From Octopus vulgaris (Eukaryota): a stretch of DNA of 64,000 nucleotides. Made by a program: the position numbers and the translations under genes. Shown piece after piece: positions 13,871 through 28,003 of this stretch; position 1 is the stretch's first letter, and every line of letters starts with the position of its first letter. The stretch is from contig OX597830.1 of NCBI GenBank assembly GCA_951406725.2, positions 29,326,001-29,390,000 of the forward strand. The letters are read 5' to 3'. Under the pieces are notes generated by a model. It ran no database searches, was not told the DNA's origin, and saw nothing but the letters and a program-made list of their open reading frames with translations.

Positions 13871-14306
13871 GAAGAATATGTGTGTACGTATCTGTATGTA
13901 TGTACTATGTATGTATGTGTAATTGTGTATGTTTATGTATGTCTTGGTATACGTAAACACAAATCTACTAATTATAGTAATGTTACTAAGTGACAAATAA
14001 AAAAATCTAATACACCGATGCAATAAAAACATTAAGTATTATTTACATCTAGAGGAGGATTGGTTTGCCGAAACTAAAATTTATTTTCATATGAAAAAAA
14101 ATTTATGTCTCTATTTATAAAAAACAATTATGTTATCAGATTTTATGGTTATATTTTAGTATTTTTTCAGTTTCTAAAATGAAATATGATTCATTTAAAT
14201 ACAAAAGAATTGAATTAGAACACAATAAATGAAATTTTAAAGAAGAGCGAAATATATATGTCTGTATACATAGAAGAAATTGAAAATACTTGATCTGTGT
14301 ATATAG

Positions 14307-14732
14307 TCTTTTACTCTTTTACTTGTTTCAGTCATTTGAATGCGGCCATGCTGGAGCACCGCCTTTAGTCGAGCAAATCGACCCCAGGGCTTATTCTTTG
14401 TAAGCCTAGTACTTATTCTATCGGTTTCTTTTGCTGAACCGCTAAGTTACGGGGACGTAATTACACCACCTCCGGTTGTCAAGTGATGTTGGGGGGACAA
14501 ACACAGACACACAAACATATACACACATACATATACATCCATCCATATATATATATATATATATATATACGACGAGCTTCTTTCAGTTTCCGTCTACCAA
14601 ATCCACTTACAAGGCTTTGGTCAGCCCGAGACTATAGTAGAAGACATTCTTCCAAGTTGCCACGCAGTGGAACAGAACCCGGAACCATGTGGTTGGTAAG
14701 CAAACTACTTACCACACAACCACTCCTACGTC
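14307..14732 (-). mobile_element. SINE family A, full length
   Basis: Complete head, core, internal microsatellite and tail. Confidence 0.92.
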
Positions 14733-14842
14733 TACATATACATATATATATTTATTTATTTATTTATTCAAATATTTATATATTCATGTATCTATGTATA
14801 TACTGCCAGATATATACAGATATATTTATATTATATGTATAT

Positions 14843-14943
<101 letters not shown>

Positions 14944-15749
14944 CAGATATTTAATACACACACACTCGTGTGTGTGTATGTGTTTGTCTCTATGTATGTC
15001 TGTGTACACTATATCATTCGTGATTTGCTCGCATATTTGCGAAACGTTTTTGACAGCAGAGAAGTTCATTTTTAAAACAATGAATGCACTTTGTGACCCA
15101 TCTGTGGCGAAATAGCTTCAATATTTGATACTAACCAAGCAATAAATAGAGATAGAAAATATCTGCTGAAATATTGGTTGCCTAGTCCTGTCCAAACACC
15201 TGCACCTCCAGAACAAAATAAACACCACCACATATTAGGTAACAAATAAAAAAAAAATGTCAAAATGAAAAAGATTTGTTGATTGTCTTCTCGGTTTTTA
15301 CTTTATTGATAACCGCCATTTTCGATTAGGTTTTCATCTTTAGCCAATGGCGCCTTATTCTCCATCTATTTTTTGCTCTTCTCTTCTTTACCCTCCACCT
15401 CACGCATCCTTCTTGCTCTGTGGCTTTCTGTTTTACTTTATCTTATTCATCTATTCACCGTTCCTATTATATTTCTCCTGCTTTCAATATACCAGCGATT
15501 ATTTGGCTATATTGCACAGAAGCTAATAAGCTAATAACGGCCACAGTAAAAGCCAAAGAAAACGCAAAAAAAAAAAAAAAAAATGATAAATAAAACTAAA
15601 CAGCAACCGTGATGTCAGTGGATTTAGTGTCCCAAAAGGTTGAGCTTAATACATACATAGGTCAGTTAATTAAAAATAATTTAGTCTCAGATTATGTACT
15701 ATCGAAATGCTGCAGCAATACTGTAATACGTTGTACGCATTATTGCAAA

Positions 15750-15900
15750 TCTTCTTCTTCTTCTTCTTCTTCTTCTTCTTCTTCTTCTTCTTCTTCTTCT
15801 TCTTCTTCTTCTTCTTCTTCTTCTTCTTCTTCTTCTCCTCCTTCTACTTCTTCTTCTCCTCCTCCTCCTCCTCCTCCTCCTCCTTCTTCTTCTTCTTCTC
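15750..15900. repeat. (TTC)n/(TCC)n microsatellite
   Basis: Visible tandem units. Confidence 0.95.
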
Positions 15901-16013
15901 CTCTTTCAGGGCGAGGGTGAAAAAAGTGGTTTATCCTTAATTTATACGTCAAGAAGAAAATGGAAGGGATACAGAAAAGGAGGGGAAGGAGGGTGAGGAA
16001 AAGGAATAGACAA

Positions 16014-16040
16014 ATGATGATGATAAAAATAATAATAATG

Positions 16041-16092
<52 letters not shown>

Positions 16093-16127
16093 TGATGATG
16101 ATGATGATGATAATAATAATAATGATA

Positions 16128-16162
<35 letters not shown>

Positions 16163-16328
16163 AATAAGAATAATAATAATAATGAGAAGAGAAGAAGAAG
16201 AAGAAGAAGAAGAAGAAGAAGAAGAAGAAGAAGGAGGAGGAGGAGGTGGAGTAGGAGAAGAAGAAGAAGAAGAAGAAGAAGAAGAAGAAGAAGAAGAAGA
16301 AGAAGAAGAAGAAGAAGAAGAAGAAGAG
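16014..16328. repeat. (AAT)n/(GAT)n/(GAA)n compound microsatellite
   Basis: Visible tandem units. Confidence 0.93.
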
Positions 16329-16759
16329 TTAGGAACGAAGGAATATTGAGAGCAGAGTCAAAAAGGAAACCAAAGGAAGAAGTACAAAAAGGCCATGAAG
16401 AACAATTACACAAGATTAGGGACGCAAATTTATAGACATATCAAAATACTCGAATTTCATTATTTATACTACACTCTCCTTTCATGTTTGTATATTTCTT
16501 GTATTCATATTTGTGTGTCTATCTATCTATCTACCTGTCTGTCTGCCTATCTATCTATATGTTTGTCTATATCTCTATGTATATGCTCATACATATGCAT
16601 GCATACATGCGTACACTCACACACAAATGTGTAGCTGATAGTGAAGAATTATCTATCCGAACAAAATAATTCTATAAGCTCTTTGTTCGCACACCAGGCT
16701 AACACTTTTGCTTAGATCATTGAAGAAGTCTGGGTATCCATATAGCAGGGTATGCTATA

Positions 16760-16974
16760 GGCGGCAAGCTGGCAGAAACGTTAACACGCCATATTTCGTC
16801 TGCCGTTACGTTCTGAGTTCAAATTCCGCCGAGGTCGACTTTGCCTTTCATCCTTTCGGGGTCGATTAAATAAGTACCAGTTACGGACTGGGGTCGATAT
16901 AATCGACTTAATCCGTTTGTCTGTCCTAGTTTGTCCTCTCTGTGTTTAGCCCCTTGTGGGTAGTAAAGAAATAG
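16760..16974 (+). mobile_element. SINE family B, young subfamily monomer
   Basis: GGCGGCAAGCTGGCAGAAACG head, GAGTTCAAATTCC B box, central GCCTTTCATCCTTTCGGGGTCGAT...AAGTACCAG domain (resembles the Meta/Sauria-type SINE core), ends GTAAAGAAATAG. Confidence 0.9.
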
Positions 16975-17656
16975 GTTATGCTTCTCCACGATTCTAAATT
17001 CTAAATCCGTGATTTGCCTCCTGTGAAACAGGTTTTCACGCAGAATGGTATATAAGCAAATGTATAAAAGTTAGTCGTTACGTTTCCGATATAAGGATGC
17101 TTACACCTGTTTGCAGTAGACATTACTGTAGTTTTACTCAATTGCCTTATTTGTCAGTTGAGAAAGATTGAACGACCTAAAATAATTACTGCTACTTACG
17201 TGAGAGTTTGTCTCACCAGACCAGCTGAGTAAGCCTATGAGTAATGATGCTATAATGACTAATGGAAACTACAGAAAGCCAAATTTACTCATATACATAT
17301 ATATATATATATATATATATTAAAATTATAGCTTATGGTATCTACGAGATACCACCATGCTAAAAATAGTAGCCAGGATCTGACTCTAAAAGCACATTAA
17401 GTGTTCATATAGCACAAGGCGATCAAAATGTATGCCTCCCGTTTATAGAGCCTAATTTTTTTCAAAATCTATTGCGCAGATGTAGCCCTTCGCCGGCAAT
17501 CAAAAAAAATGCCAACTTTTGAAACCGAAAATTATCCAAAGACTTATAACACTTAAGCATATCAAAGGGAAATGGAAAATTAGCTAAAATTTTCACTTCC
17601 AGTGGCCTAACGTGTAAAAATTTAGTCCAAAAAGATTATGCATTCGTCATAATATA

Positions 17657-18140
17657 TAGTGTACATTTAAACACATAAGGAATCTATTCGTGGGATTCAA
17701 CACGCTAGAAAGAACAGCTAGGTTCTATAACCACAAGAAATTAGGGATAAAATTCGACAGGAACTAAATGAAAAATAAAAAAAAAACATTTTACCATCAT
17801 GTTTTCTGGATCAATTGTTTTCTGATTTTAGTTTCGCAAGCAAATAACATTTACTCACGAGGTGAAAACGTCATCAGCAGGTACACATTGGGTTAAATAT
17901 ATAAACACGAGGCGATCAAACTATATGCCTCCCATTTATACATCCTAATTTTGTTTAAAATCTACTGCTAAACTAAAATCAGAAAACAATTGGTCCAGGA
18001 AACTTGATGGTAAAATGTTTTTATTTTTCATTTCGTTCCTGTCGAATTTTATCCCTATTTTTGTGGTTATAGAACCTAGCTGTTCTTTCTAGCGTGTTAA
18101 ATCCCACGAGTGGATTCCTTATGTGTTTAAATGTACACTA
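17657..18140. mobile_element. Foldback MITE with ~180-bp terminal inverted repeats
   Basis: TAGTGTACATTTAAACACATAAGGAATC... and ...GATTCCTTATGTGTTTAAATGTACACTA. Arms about 17657-17838 and 17966-18140, spacer about 130 bp. Superfamily unresolved. Confidence 0.9.
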
Positions 18141-18181
18141 TAGTAATATATATATATAGTAATATATATATGCATGTGTAT

Positions 18182-18238
<57 letters not shown>

Positions 18239-18579
18239 TACATTCGACAGAATAGAGTAAAGAGAATAAGAGTCACGTGGGATGGAGAGTCGCGGAAGAG
18301 GTCACAGGACATGTGACGAAAGACTTCAGACAAAGGAGATTAAAATGAGGACTAAAATAAACCTGAAGTGAAGCATGAGTATATAGTGCGTGTGTATATT
18401 TGGCAAAAACAAAAAAAGAATGCCATCCCAAAATATAACTATATGTGATGGAAGGAAAAGATTTGTAGCCTCGTTGAAGGAACCCAACATCTTAGGCATT
18501 TCGAGAAATGCCTTCAAATAAACGCCCACATCCATAAGTGTATTCTCAGATAGTTAAGTATTGTGACACATATACTTAC

Positions 18580-18952
<373 letters not shown>

Positions 18953-19071
18953 GAAACGTTAAGATATACCTTGGTAAATAGTCATAAAGTGAAACAGATG
19001 AGGTTAACTGAATACATTGCATCGCTAATAGACAAATGGTGAGGGCTGTAAGTACTATATATATATATGTA

Positions 19072-19124
<53 letters not shown>

Positions 19125-19879
19125 GTATAATCTTAAATGAGTCTTCTGAAAAAAAAATGTACTAGCATTCCAGGAAACGCACTAAAATGCATAAGTTCAC
19201 TAAATGCATTGATTATGTTGAAAGCCATAAATACATTACTAATCACTAAATCAGTTATATATTCCTTCTCGTCCTCTGGATTAGAGAAATGTAGAGATAA
19301 TGAGAAGATATTAGGATGAGATGATGAATTGATATCACATTGATTATCCACTAACAAACGATGGCAATAGTATCAAGCGTGGGAAGTGAAGGGAGAGAAA
19401 TACCACCCAGAAAACGAAAAATATCTAAAGCAAAAAAAAAAGTTGTATAACGTATCGGGACAATAAGACAAATGAATTAGACAAGTCACTATGTGAGCTG
19501 TACTAATTTTTGGATAATGAACATACATATAAATCAGGCCTGTTCATATTATATATGTGGCATCATCTTTATTAATATTCATTGTATGTTTATGTGTGTG
19601 TATGTGTGTATGTGTGTGTGTGTGTATTTATGTACTTGAATGTAATTATGTTTGTGTATATGTGCGAGTGTGTACATAAGAGAGGAAGTATGAGAGAGAT
19701 AGAGAAACATGGGTGGGAGGGACGGAGTGAGAGACTTTTATTTCTTTTCCTGTGGTGGTTATTGTTACGACCATAATCTTGACTGTGTCATTAATGCTGT
19801 CTTTTCAACTGCTTTCATTCCTCAGCTTCATTGTATCATTTCTTTTTCTTCATCTTCCTGCTCAGCATTACCTATGTTA

Positions 19880-19940
19880 TCATAGTCATCATCATCGTTA
19901 TCATCATCATAACGCCGTCACCGTCATCGTCGTCGTCTTT

Positions 19941-19993
<53 letters not shown>

Positions 19994-20190
19994 TCTCATC
20001 TTCATAATCATCATCCTCATCGTCCTCATCATCCTCCTCCTCCTCATCATCATCATTATCATCGTCATCCTCATAATCATAATCATCCTCATCCTCATCG
20101 TCATCATCCTCATAATCATTATCACCACCGCCACCACCACCATTACCATCACATAATCACTGTCAATTTTACAAGAGCAACGAAACAGTA

Positions 20191-20286
<96 letters not shown>

Positions 20287-20306
20287 GCTACTACTACTAC
20301 TACTAC
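19880..20306. repeat. (CAT)n and (TAC)n trinucleotide repeats
   Basis: Visible tandem units. Confidence 0.9.
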
Positions 20307-20751
20307 CACAGCCGCAGCTACTGCTGATGAGGATTTCGCAGAAGAGAAGTTATTTCTTTGGGGTGGGTTGGGCCTAATCTACTCTTACAAGATACTTCGC
20401 TAATAGTTTAATTTTTCCCTCTCAGAAAGGATGAATGGCAAACTCGATTTCGGCCAAATTTGCGCTCCGAACGTCACCTGTCGAAGGAATCTTCCGCTTA
20501 GGATATGGTTTGATATAGTAACGCTTATGCCAGAACGGCACTAATGAAGCTTTTCCATAAGTATTCCGGTACTTTTCTTTGAGTGTAAACTACCCGCAAA
20601 ACTCACATTCCCAATTTCCCTTTTCTTCCTTCTAGAATTACTAAAATGAACTACTTGTGTATTATTGAGTGATGAGATAATGGACTAATTTACCCCAATT
20701 TTGCTGTCGTCAGTCTACGTTAGATATTATTTTATATTGATTAAAATCTTG

Positions 20752-20948
20752 GAGGTGAGTTGGCAGAATCGTTAACGCGTTGGATAAAAAGCTCAACGGC
20801 GTTTCTAACGGCTTTTTACATTCTCAGTTCAAATTCCGTCGCTATAAGTTTCGCATTTATTCCTTGAGGGGACGACAACATAAGTATCCTACATGTAATC
20901 ACCCACACCCTCAAAATGCTGGATCTTGTGCAGATAATTGAAACCGTT
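20752..20948 (+). mobile_element. Degraded SINE family B
   Basis: ggtgagttggcagaatcgttaacgcg...agttcaaattccg. Confidence 0.7.
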
Positions 20949-21501
20949 ATTGTATTGGCTAAAAGGAACACCATTTTCCCGCATGCTGGCGCTCCTGCTG
21001 ATAATATGACAAACGCGCACAGCATCAGCTTGACCAATAATTATGTACTATTATCACTTTATCATCATTATTTTGTCAGGAATGACATCATCAGTATCAT
21101 TAAGTTCATCATCACTGGAAACTCCACTCCTCACATCTCGACATCACTTTCATTTTTTAGACATTGTATTCCTGTTTTTTCCCTCTTTGCTGTTGTTGCT
21201 GTTATCGATGTTGCCATTATTGTTGTCGTTGATGATCTTCTTCTTCTTCTTCTTCTTCTTCTTCTTCTCCTTCTTCTTCTTCATCTTCTTCTTCTTCTTC
21301 TTCTTCTTCTTCTTCTTCTTCTTCTGCTTCTTCTTCTTCTCCCATTACTCCTCTTTGCATTTCCTATTTTGCTCTCCTTCGACCAGACAAGAGGACCATT
21401 CACTATCGCGACTATAATTACCATTCTGGCTACAAGAACAGGAACAACAAGAACATCAACAGCAACAATGACAACAACAACAACAAAATAGCACCTACTA
21501 T

Positions 21502-21537
<36 letters not shown>

Positions 21538-21594
21538 CACTACCACTACTACTACTAGTACTACTCCCAGTACGAATATTGATAAATGTACAAC

Positions 21595-21790
21595 TGATTA
21601 TGATACAGGGGACCTTTGCCTGCCAATGCACAATTACAAAGACAAAATAATGAAAAGATATTTGGCTAAGACTATTGTGTAGAATACGCAATCAGCACAA
21701 TGAACCAATTGACCACATCATTTCTGGCTATTCAGTTCTTCCCTTGACCAACAATATCTGCAATGATACTCGAGTTGACGATATGAGAAA
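21595..21790 (+). pseudogene. R4/Dong-clade non-LTR retrotransposon fragment (zinc-knuckle region)
   Basis: CLPMHNYKDKIMK...LCRIRNQHNEPIDHIISGYSVL corresponds to the CCHC motif CRxCxxxxETIDHIISGC of R4-clade elements. Confidence 0.75.
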
Positions 21791-23879
21791 GTTCGTCTCG
21801 AAAAGAAATAGGAAGAAATATATTCACTATTTATCAGGCAATCATAACAGTAACCATCCCGTCAATTTAAATTTTAGCTATCTACAACTTTTATGATCAG
21901 TGCTAATCCGAGATGGTTTCACTTTCAACAAGGATTCCCTCCAAGCGAAAACATTCATAGCATAACTAGGAATCTATTAAAAAGAACTGACTTTTTTTTA
22001 TGAATAGTAAGAATATAATTTCGCTCCCGGCATCTTCTTTAATTGTTTCAAAATTCATTAGGCTGGCAAGAGATTATTGCTACTATATCTGAAACGATGC
22101 TTCTGCTACCCAATTTGGCATCATGGACCTCAATCACAGAAGTGCCACTCAACTGATTGACATTCAATCGCTAGCAGATACGTTGAGGCCTCTGATATGT
22201 GGGCCTGGTATTTCTGCCCCTCGTCTCATCTATTTTTGGTCATTGGGTCTGTTTGATCTCTTGTATTCACAACTCAGACACCGCATATCCACTCGTCTCT
22301 TTATCTTTCTCCAAGCCTGTTGCTTCTACCGCCCAAACCTTTGCATCCACTTCCCAATCCCAAACTAACAACAATATCCTTTCTTACTACATCATAGCCC
22401 CTTTAGAATCTTCTGCATGCTTACACTTTACTGCATATGTGGACCTGCAACAGTTAAGCAGAACATGAAAGGCACGATACTCACTGGTGTCCAACCTCAT
22501 TAAATTCATAAATGCCTGTATCAAACATGGTACAGCACAGGTATCGCTCCCCACCTATGTGATACTTGCCTATCCAGGCAGACAGGGAGAACAAAGGATA
22601 TATTATCAAGGACAGGAATTGAAATAGCTGTAACAAGATAAATATTGCACACCTTCCCTAGAATACGTCACTCTGCAGCAGAGGAGAATCTATCAAAGTA
22701 TAAATTAGAGAATCTTATATGCAGGCTTCGGTGAGAAATTAAAACTGATATAATTACCTCATATAACTGAAATATTGAGAATAATACAAGCAGCGAATTG
22801 GCCGAATCGTTGAATCATCAGGTTGAATATTTTGCTCCGAGTTAAAATGCCATCGGGGCCAGCTTTAAATTCCATTTAAATAACATTTCTTCAGATCCTG
22901 TAATTACGTTCCATTCCTGGGTAGTTGAATAACAGAAGAGTAAAAATTCAGACACGATGCATCATGCTATTTCCCCCATTACATTACTAGCTACGTTAAA
23001 ATCCAATGATGGCCTACCCAGTCGGTAGGCTTAGTCCATCACCTGGTTTACCACTAACATCTGTGAGTTTGGATGCCTTTAATAGAGACCATTTTGCTGG
23101 GTAGGAGTTGGTTTTAAGAATACCGTCCGGCCTCGCTTCCAAGTTTCGCAGGTCATGAGCATTTCCTTTCTTCTAACTAAAAGATTAGAAGATTAAAATA
23201 TTAGCTCTTTATTGCTAATTCGTAGTAGTTCTATGCTTTTATTATTATTATTATTATTATTATTCTACACTGAAATGAGTGCTCATTGCTTTTCTGTGTT
23301 AACGTAGTAGAGAGAACAATGGAAAGGAATACCTAACAAATAAATATGCAAAAGCGTAGGAGTATATATATCGGAGGCAAAATGAAGACCTTTCTGAGTG
23401 ACTGAGAAATATAACCAGAATATCTGACAGAGTATGGATATTTAATCAGTGGAGATTTGTGCAAAAACAAACGACAAGATGGAAATGTCTTGAGGAAGCA
23501 CTCGATCAATCATCTTACAAACTTAATAAAAAGCTATGCATGTAAGTATGCAGTTATGATAGAATATATGTCTGCTTATGTATGCGTATATGATGTATAT
23601 GATGTGTACATATATGATGTATCTGTGTGTGTGTGCAAGTGACTGTGGAGTGTTTATATGCGTGTGTGTATATGTATGTACATGTACATGTATATAAATA
23701 TATATATATGTATATATACACATGTGTATACACATGTATATACACACATATATATATTATATATATATATGTACGTATCCATGAACCTAACCGTCTATCC
23801 CTATATCTATGTGAGTGAGGATATGTGTGAGTCAATGTGTGTACATACACAAATACGTAAGTGAATATACATATATATA

Positions 23880-23911
<32 letters not shown>

Positions 23912-24060
23912 CCTATATATATATATATAATTTATATATATATATACATATATGTATGTGTATATGTGCATATATATATGTGTGTGTGTGCGTGTGTATA
24001 TAATGTATATATTCAACGCATGCATAAATGCATATAAATATATTTATATATACATACATA

Positions 24061-24092
<32 letters not shown>

Positions 24093-24632
24093 TGTTTGTG
24101 TGTGATCTGCATGATTTGTGTGTACGAGTGTATATGCCTGCGTGCAAGTTTGAAATTTTGTATTACCGGCCAATTCATATCAATGCTGGTTGAATTTATG
24201 GCATTCGTGGAGTATAGTTGTCTCGGCATGGTTCGATAGAGGCCTATAAATCTTAGTCCCTAAATAAAATTGGAAAATAGACCCATTGCTACAGTAAAAG
24301 TAGTGTTTAACCTGGTCGGCCATCGATAAACAATTACGCTCTCATAATAATATAGAAGATAAGTATATAGCAGTCATATGCATAGAAATACATATGCGCA
24401 CTCTCTGATATGCACAGACACGGGAGTACACATATATTTATTTATGTATAAGTTCTTGAATCTGAGTATGTATGGTTCTATAAAATAAGTGCACATTTGT
24501 ATTGGTAGAATAATTTTTACAACTATTCAAATACAATTGCATGTATGTATATAAGTATGCATGTATATATATACGCCATTGACGAGGTTTATTTCAAGAT
24601 TACTTGCAAATAGCGAAAGAACCGGTTTCTAG

Positions 24633-24803
<171 letters not shown>

Positions 24804-25102
24804 TGAATGTATGTATGTATATGTGCAGATTCGTATGTTTTATGTATATATTCTCATGCATATACATGCATATCTAGACATGCATATATATATATATGAT
24901 GTGGTTCTGGTGGTGGTAGTAGTGGTGGTGGTGGTGGTGGTGGATTGTGGTAGTGGTAGTAATAATAGTATTAGAAGCAGCAGTAGCAGCAGTATATATG
25001 GACTCGTCCGTCGTGGACGACGCGTGTGTGTTCAGGATTTACCAAACAACTTGCAAAACTCTCCAGAAGTTTATCATTTATATATATATATATATATATA
25101 TA

Positions 25103-25353
25103 CTAGCAGTATCGCCCGGCGTTGCTCAGGTTTATAAGGGAAATAACTATAAAGCATTTTTAGAGAGTTATAGCCAAAAAATAGCAAAAAAATGGAAAAA
25201 AATGATGGTAAATTTTTTTTCGTTAGTTTTGAATTATGACATTGGGCTATGTGTGTGTCAAGTTTCATCAGAATCGGTTGAAAGACGTGGTCAGGGTGAG
25301 GTTACGAGAAAACAGACACACAGAAACACGCACAGACAAACTGCCGTTTATAT

Positions 25354-25358
<5 letters not shown>
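25103..25358 (-). mobile_element. Non-autonomous Helitron
   Basis: Minus strand starts TCTCTATATAAACGG and ends CCTGAGCAACGCCGGGCGATACTGCTAG (subterminal hairpin plus CTAG), between A and T in a (TA)n tract. Homologous to 59217-59571. Confidence 0.88.
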
Positions 25359-25393
<35 letters not shown>

Positions 25394-25772
25394 GATGAAC
25401 TTCTGGAGAGTTTTGCAGATTTTTACAGTTCCACTAATGAATTAGAACTATAGTCTTCGAATAAGCTTTCTCCTTTCTGGTTTTGAGAAACCTAATTTCT
25501 CAAGATTGGTATTAGGCAGTGTGTTACAGATCCCAGGTATGCATTCATGCATGGTTGTATGTATGTATGTATGTATGTATGTATGTATGTATGTATGTAT
25601 GTATGTATGTATGTATGCATGTATGTATGTATAGTTAGCACACTTGTCGCGAACAAAGATATGTGTGTTTGAGTCACACGCGCACGGAAAATCTTTCTTT
25701 CCATAAACACACACACATATACACACGCAAAAATATATGCATATACACACGCAAACATATCTACATACACAC

Positions 25773-25776
<4 letters not shown>

Positions 25777-25864
<88 letters not shown>

Positions 25865-26246
25865 TAGTATATTTTTTATATCGTGCTTTCACTTCACTAC
25901 CGAGCGCAGCTCTGTGTGCCTTGGGTATGTGCTGTAATTTGTTGTGATGCTCTGATGGTTATTGTATGGAAAGTGTTCTGCGTAGGATGTGTGCAGTGCC
26001 TAGTAGTGCAATTTTCTGTATGTTATATGTGTTTGTAAGTCCTGGCGTTTTTGTTATGTATTTGTCTGAATATTTTGTTATCATGCCTAATGTACCTACT
26101 ATGATAGGAATTGTTTCTGTTTATAGATTACACATTCTGGTTCCCTCTATTTCCAGGTCTTTGTGTTTTGAAAGTTTCTCCATTTCTTTTAGAGACACGT
26201 TGTCATCCGCTGGTATTGATACATCAATTAGAATACATTTTTTCAG
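25777..26246 (-). mobile_element. R4/Dong-clade LINE 3' end (restriction-like endonuclease, 3'UTR, (TAA)n)
   Basis: Minus translation KCILIDVSIPADDNVSLKEMEKLSKHKDLEIE...IPIIVGTLG...IQKIALLGTAHILRRTLSIQ*, then about 100 nt of UTR running into (TAA)n at 25777-25860. Confidence 0.9.
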
Positions 26247-26492
26247 AGTTAGCGGTTGGAATAACCGCCTAAGGGATAAGAATATCCGTTCTTACTACCG
26301 GTGTCATTTACGTATACTATCTCTGGGCATGGGTATGCAAGCATACTATGCTCATAAGGTACAAGTAATAGCAGAATACAGAAAATTTTATCAGCAATCA
26401 AATTTAAATAAGCAGAAAACGGAAAAATCTTTAGATCAACAAACAACTTGACAAACATATGTTATGTTTTGCATTAAAATATAATTAACCGA

Positions 26493-26568
<76 letters not shown>

Positions 26569-26569
26569 T

Positions 26570-26712
26570 CGATAGGATTCCTTCAGCTTACATCTACCAA
26601 ATCCGCTCACAAGGTTTTGGTCGACCCGAAGCTATTAAAGAAGACACTCGCACATTTTTCTATGCAGGGGTTCTCCACCCGGAACCATGTGGTTGGGAAT
26701 ACTCACCAACCT
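26570..26712 (-). mobile_element. Degraded SINE family A 5' part
   Basis: ctaccaaatccgctcacaagg...cccggaaccatgtggttgg. Confidence 0.7.
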
Positions 26713-27962
26713 TCACGTTAATGGAATGAGAAATTAATTTTTTCCCTCACCCAAATACTCGCCACCAAATCGATGAAGAATTGGCGAAGAATTTTCAACG
26801 TTGTGGCCTAGTTGAGCAACTTTGTCTTGCAGAACAAATAAGACACGAAGGGCACTCGACCTCTCAAGAATACTCATTTGTCTTTAAAATGAATACATAG
26901 CGAAATGTTAAACTCTTAGGATTTTCAACAATATTGTCAATCTCGGAAGAAAACCTAGAGGACACCGTGTTTCGAGAATTGAATAGACCAATTTATCTGA
27001 ATGACAGTGTATGAATTTAGCTGCTTGGAAAACACCATGGATTGAAACGAAAACGCTGCGAACAGGATCACATGTATACCACATCATAAGCGCTAGAGTA
27101 CGTAGATGTGCTTATTCGGTCATAGAATATTAAGCTATAAAATTAGCTAACATAAAATATACTTTATATTTTTCGTCCGGCATATCTCTAATATTTTCCT
27201 GATAAATTTCGAAGAGGTTATAAAAGAACTATAGAACTATATGTATAATGAATTGGGCTATATCACCAATAAATTGAATGCAAAAGTTATGAATCGAATT
27301 GATATATCACAGAGATAACTATTCGAAAAGTGAAATATATATATATATATTGGTTAGTAAATATCCATTCAGCCCTTGAAAAACAGCTCATACGTATATA
27401 AAACAACAGAATTTTAAGTCACATTGTCCTCTAATATATCGACAGAAAATTAAATTATGAGCTTTCCTTTTATCATATCTGTTATATATACAGAGGAAGG
27501 TTTTGAATATTAAGAAAAATAACACGCTGGATGCATACATACACACACATACATATATGCATAAATACTTATGCACATACAGGCTTCATACCCACATACC
27601 CACACATGCACAGATACGCGTGGGATACATACACACATACATTCATGCATACATACATACATACATGCATTCATATGTATGTACGTTCATGCTTCACTCA
27701 TATATGCTTCTCACATACATAGCCACACATGCACACACGCCCTCGCATATGTGTATCCACATATATATGATTCTGTGAGTATATGTGAGTATGTGCATTG
27801 CGCAACTGATATTAATACTTTTGAGGGTGAAGTACGAAAAATGTTTTAATAATACTTGCATATGTTTAGTAAAATGAAATAATATTGCTTAGAGTTTAAA
27901 CGAAATAAGACAATACACAAGATGAACTGCAAATTTTAATACTATCATGATATTATTGTAAA

Positions 27963-28003
<41 letters not shown>

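Noticed and set aside
18494-18513. Inverted repeat AGGCATTTC-GA-GAAATGCCT
   Set aside because: Isolated 9-bp stem, compatible with chance in 64 kb.
22440-22740. Possible RTE-type LINE remnant
   Set aside because: Similarity too faint to call without a frameshift-aware search.
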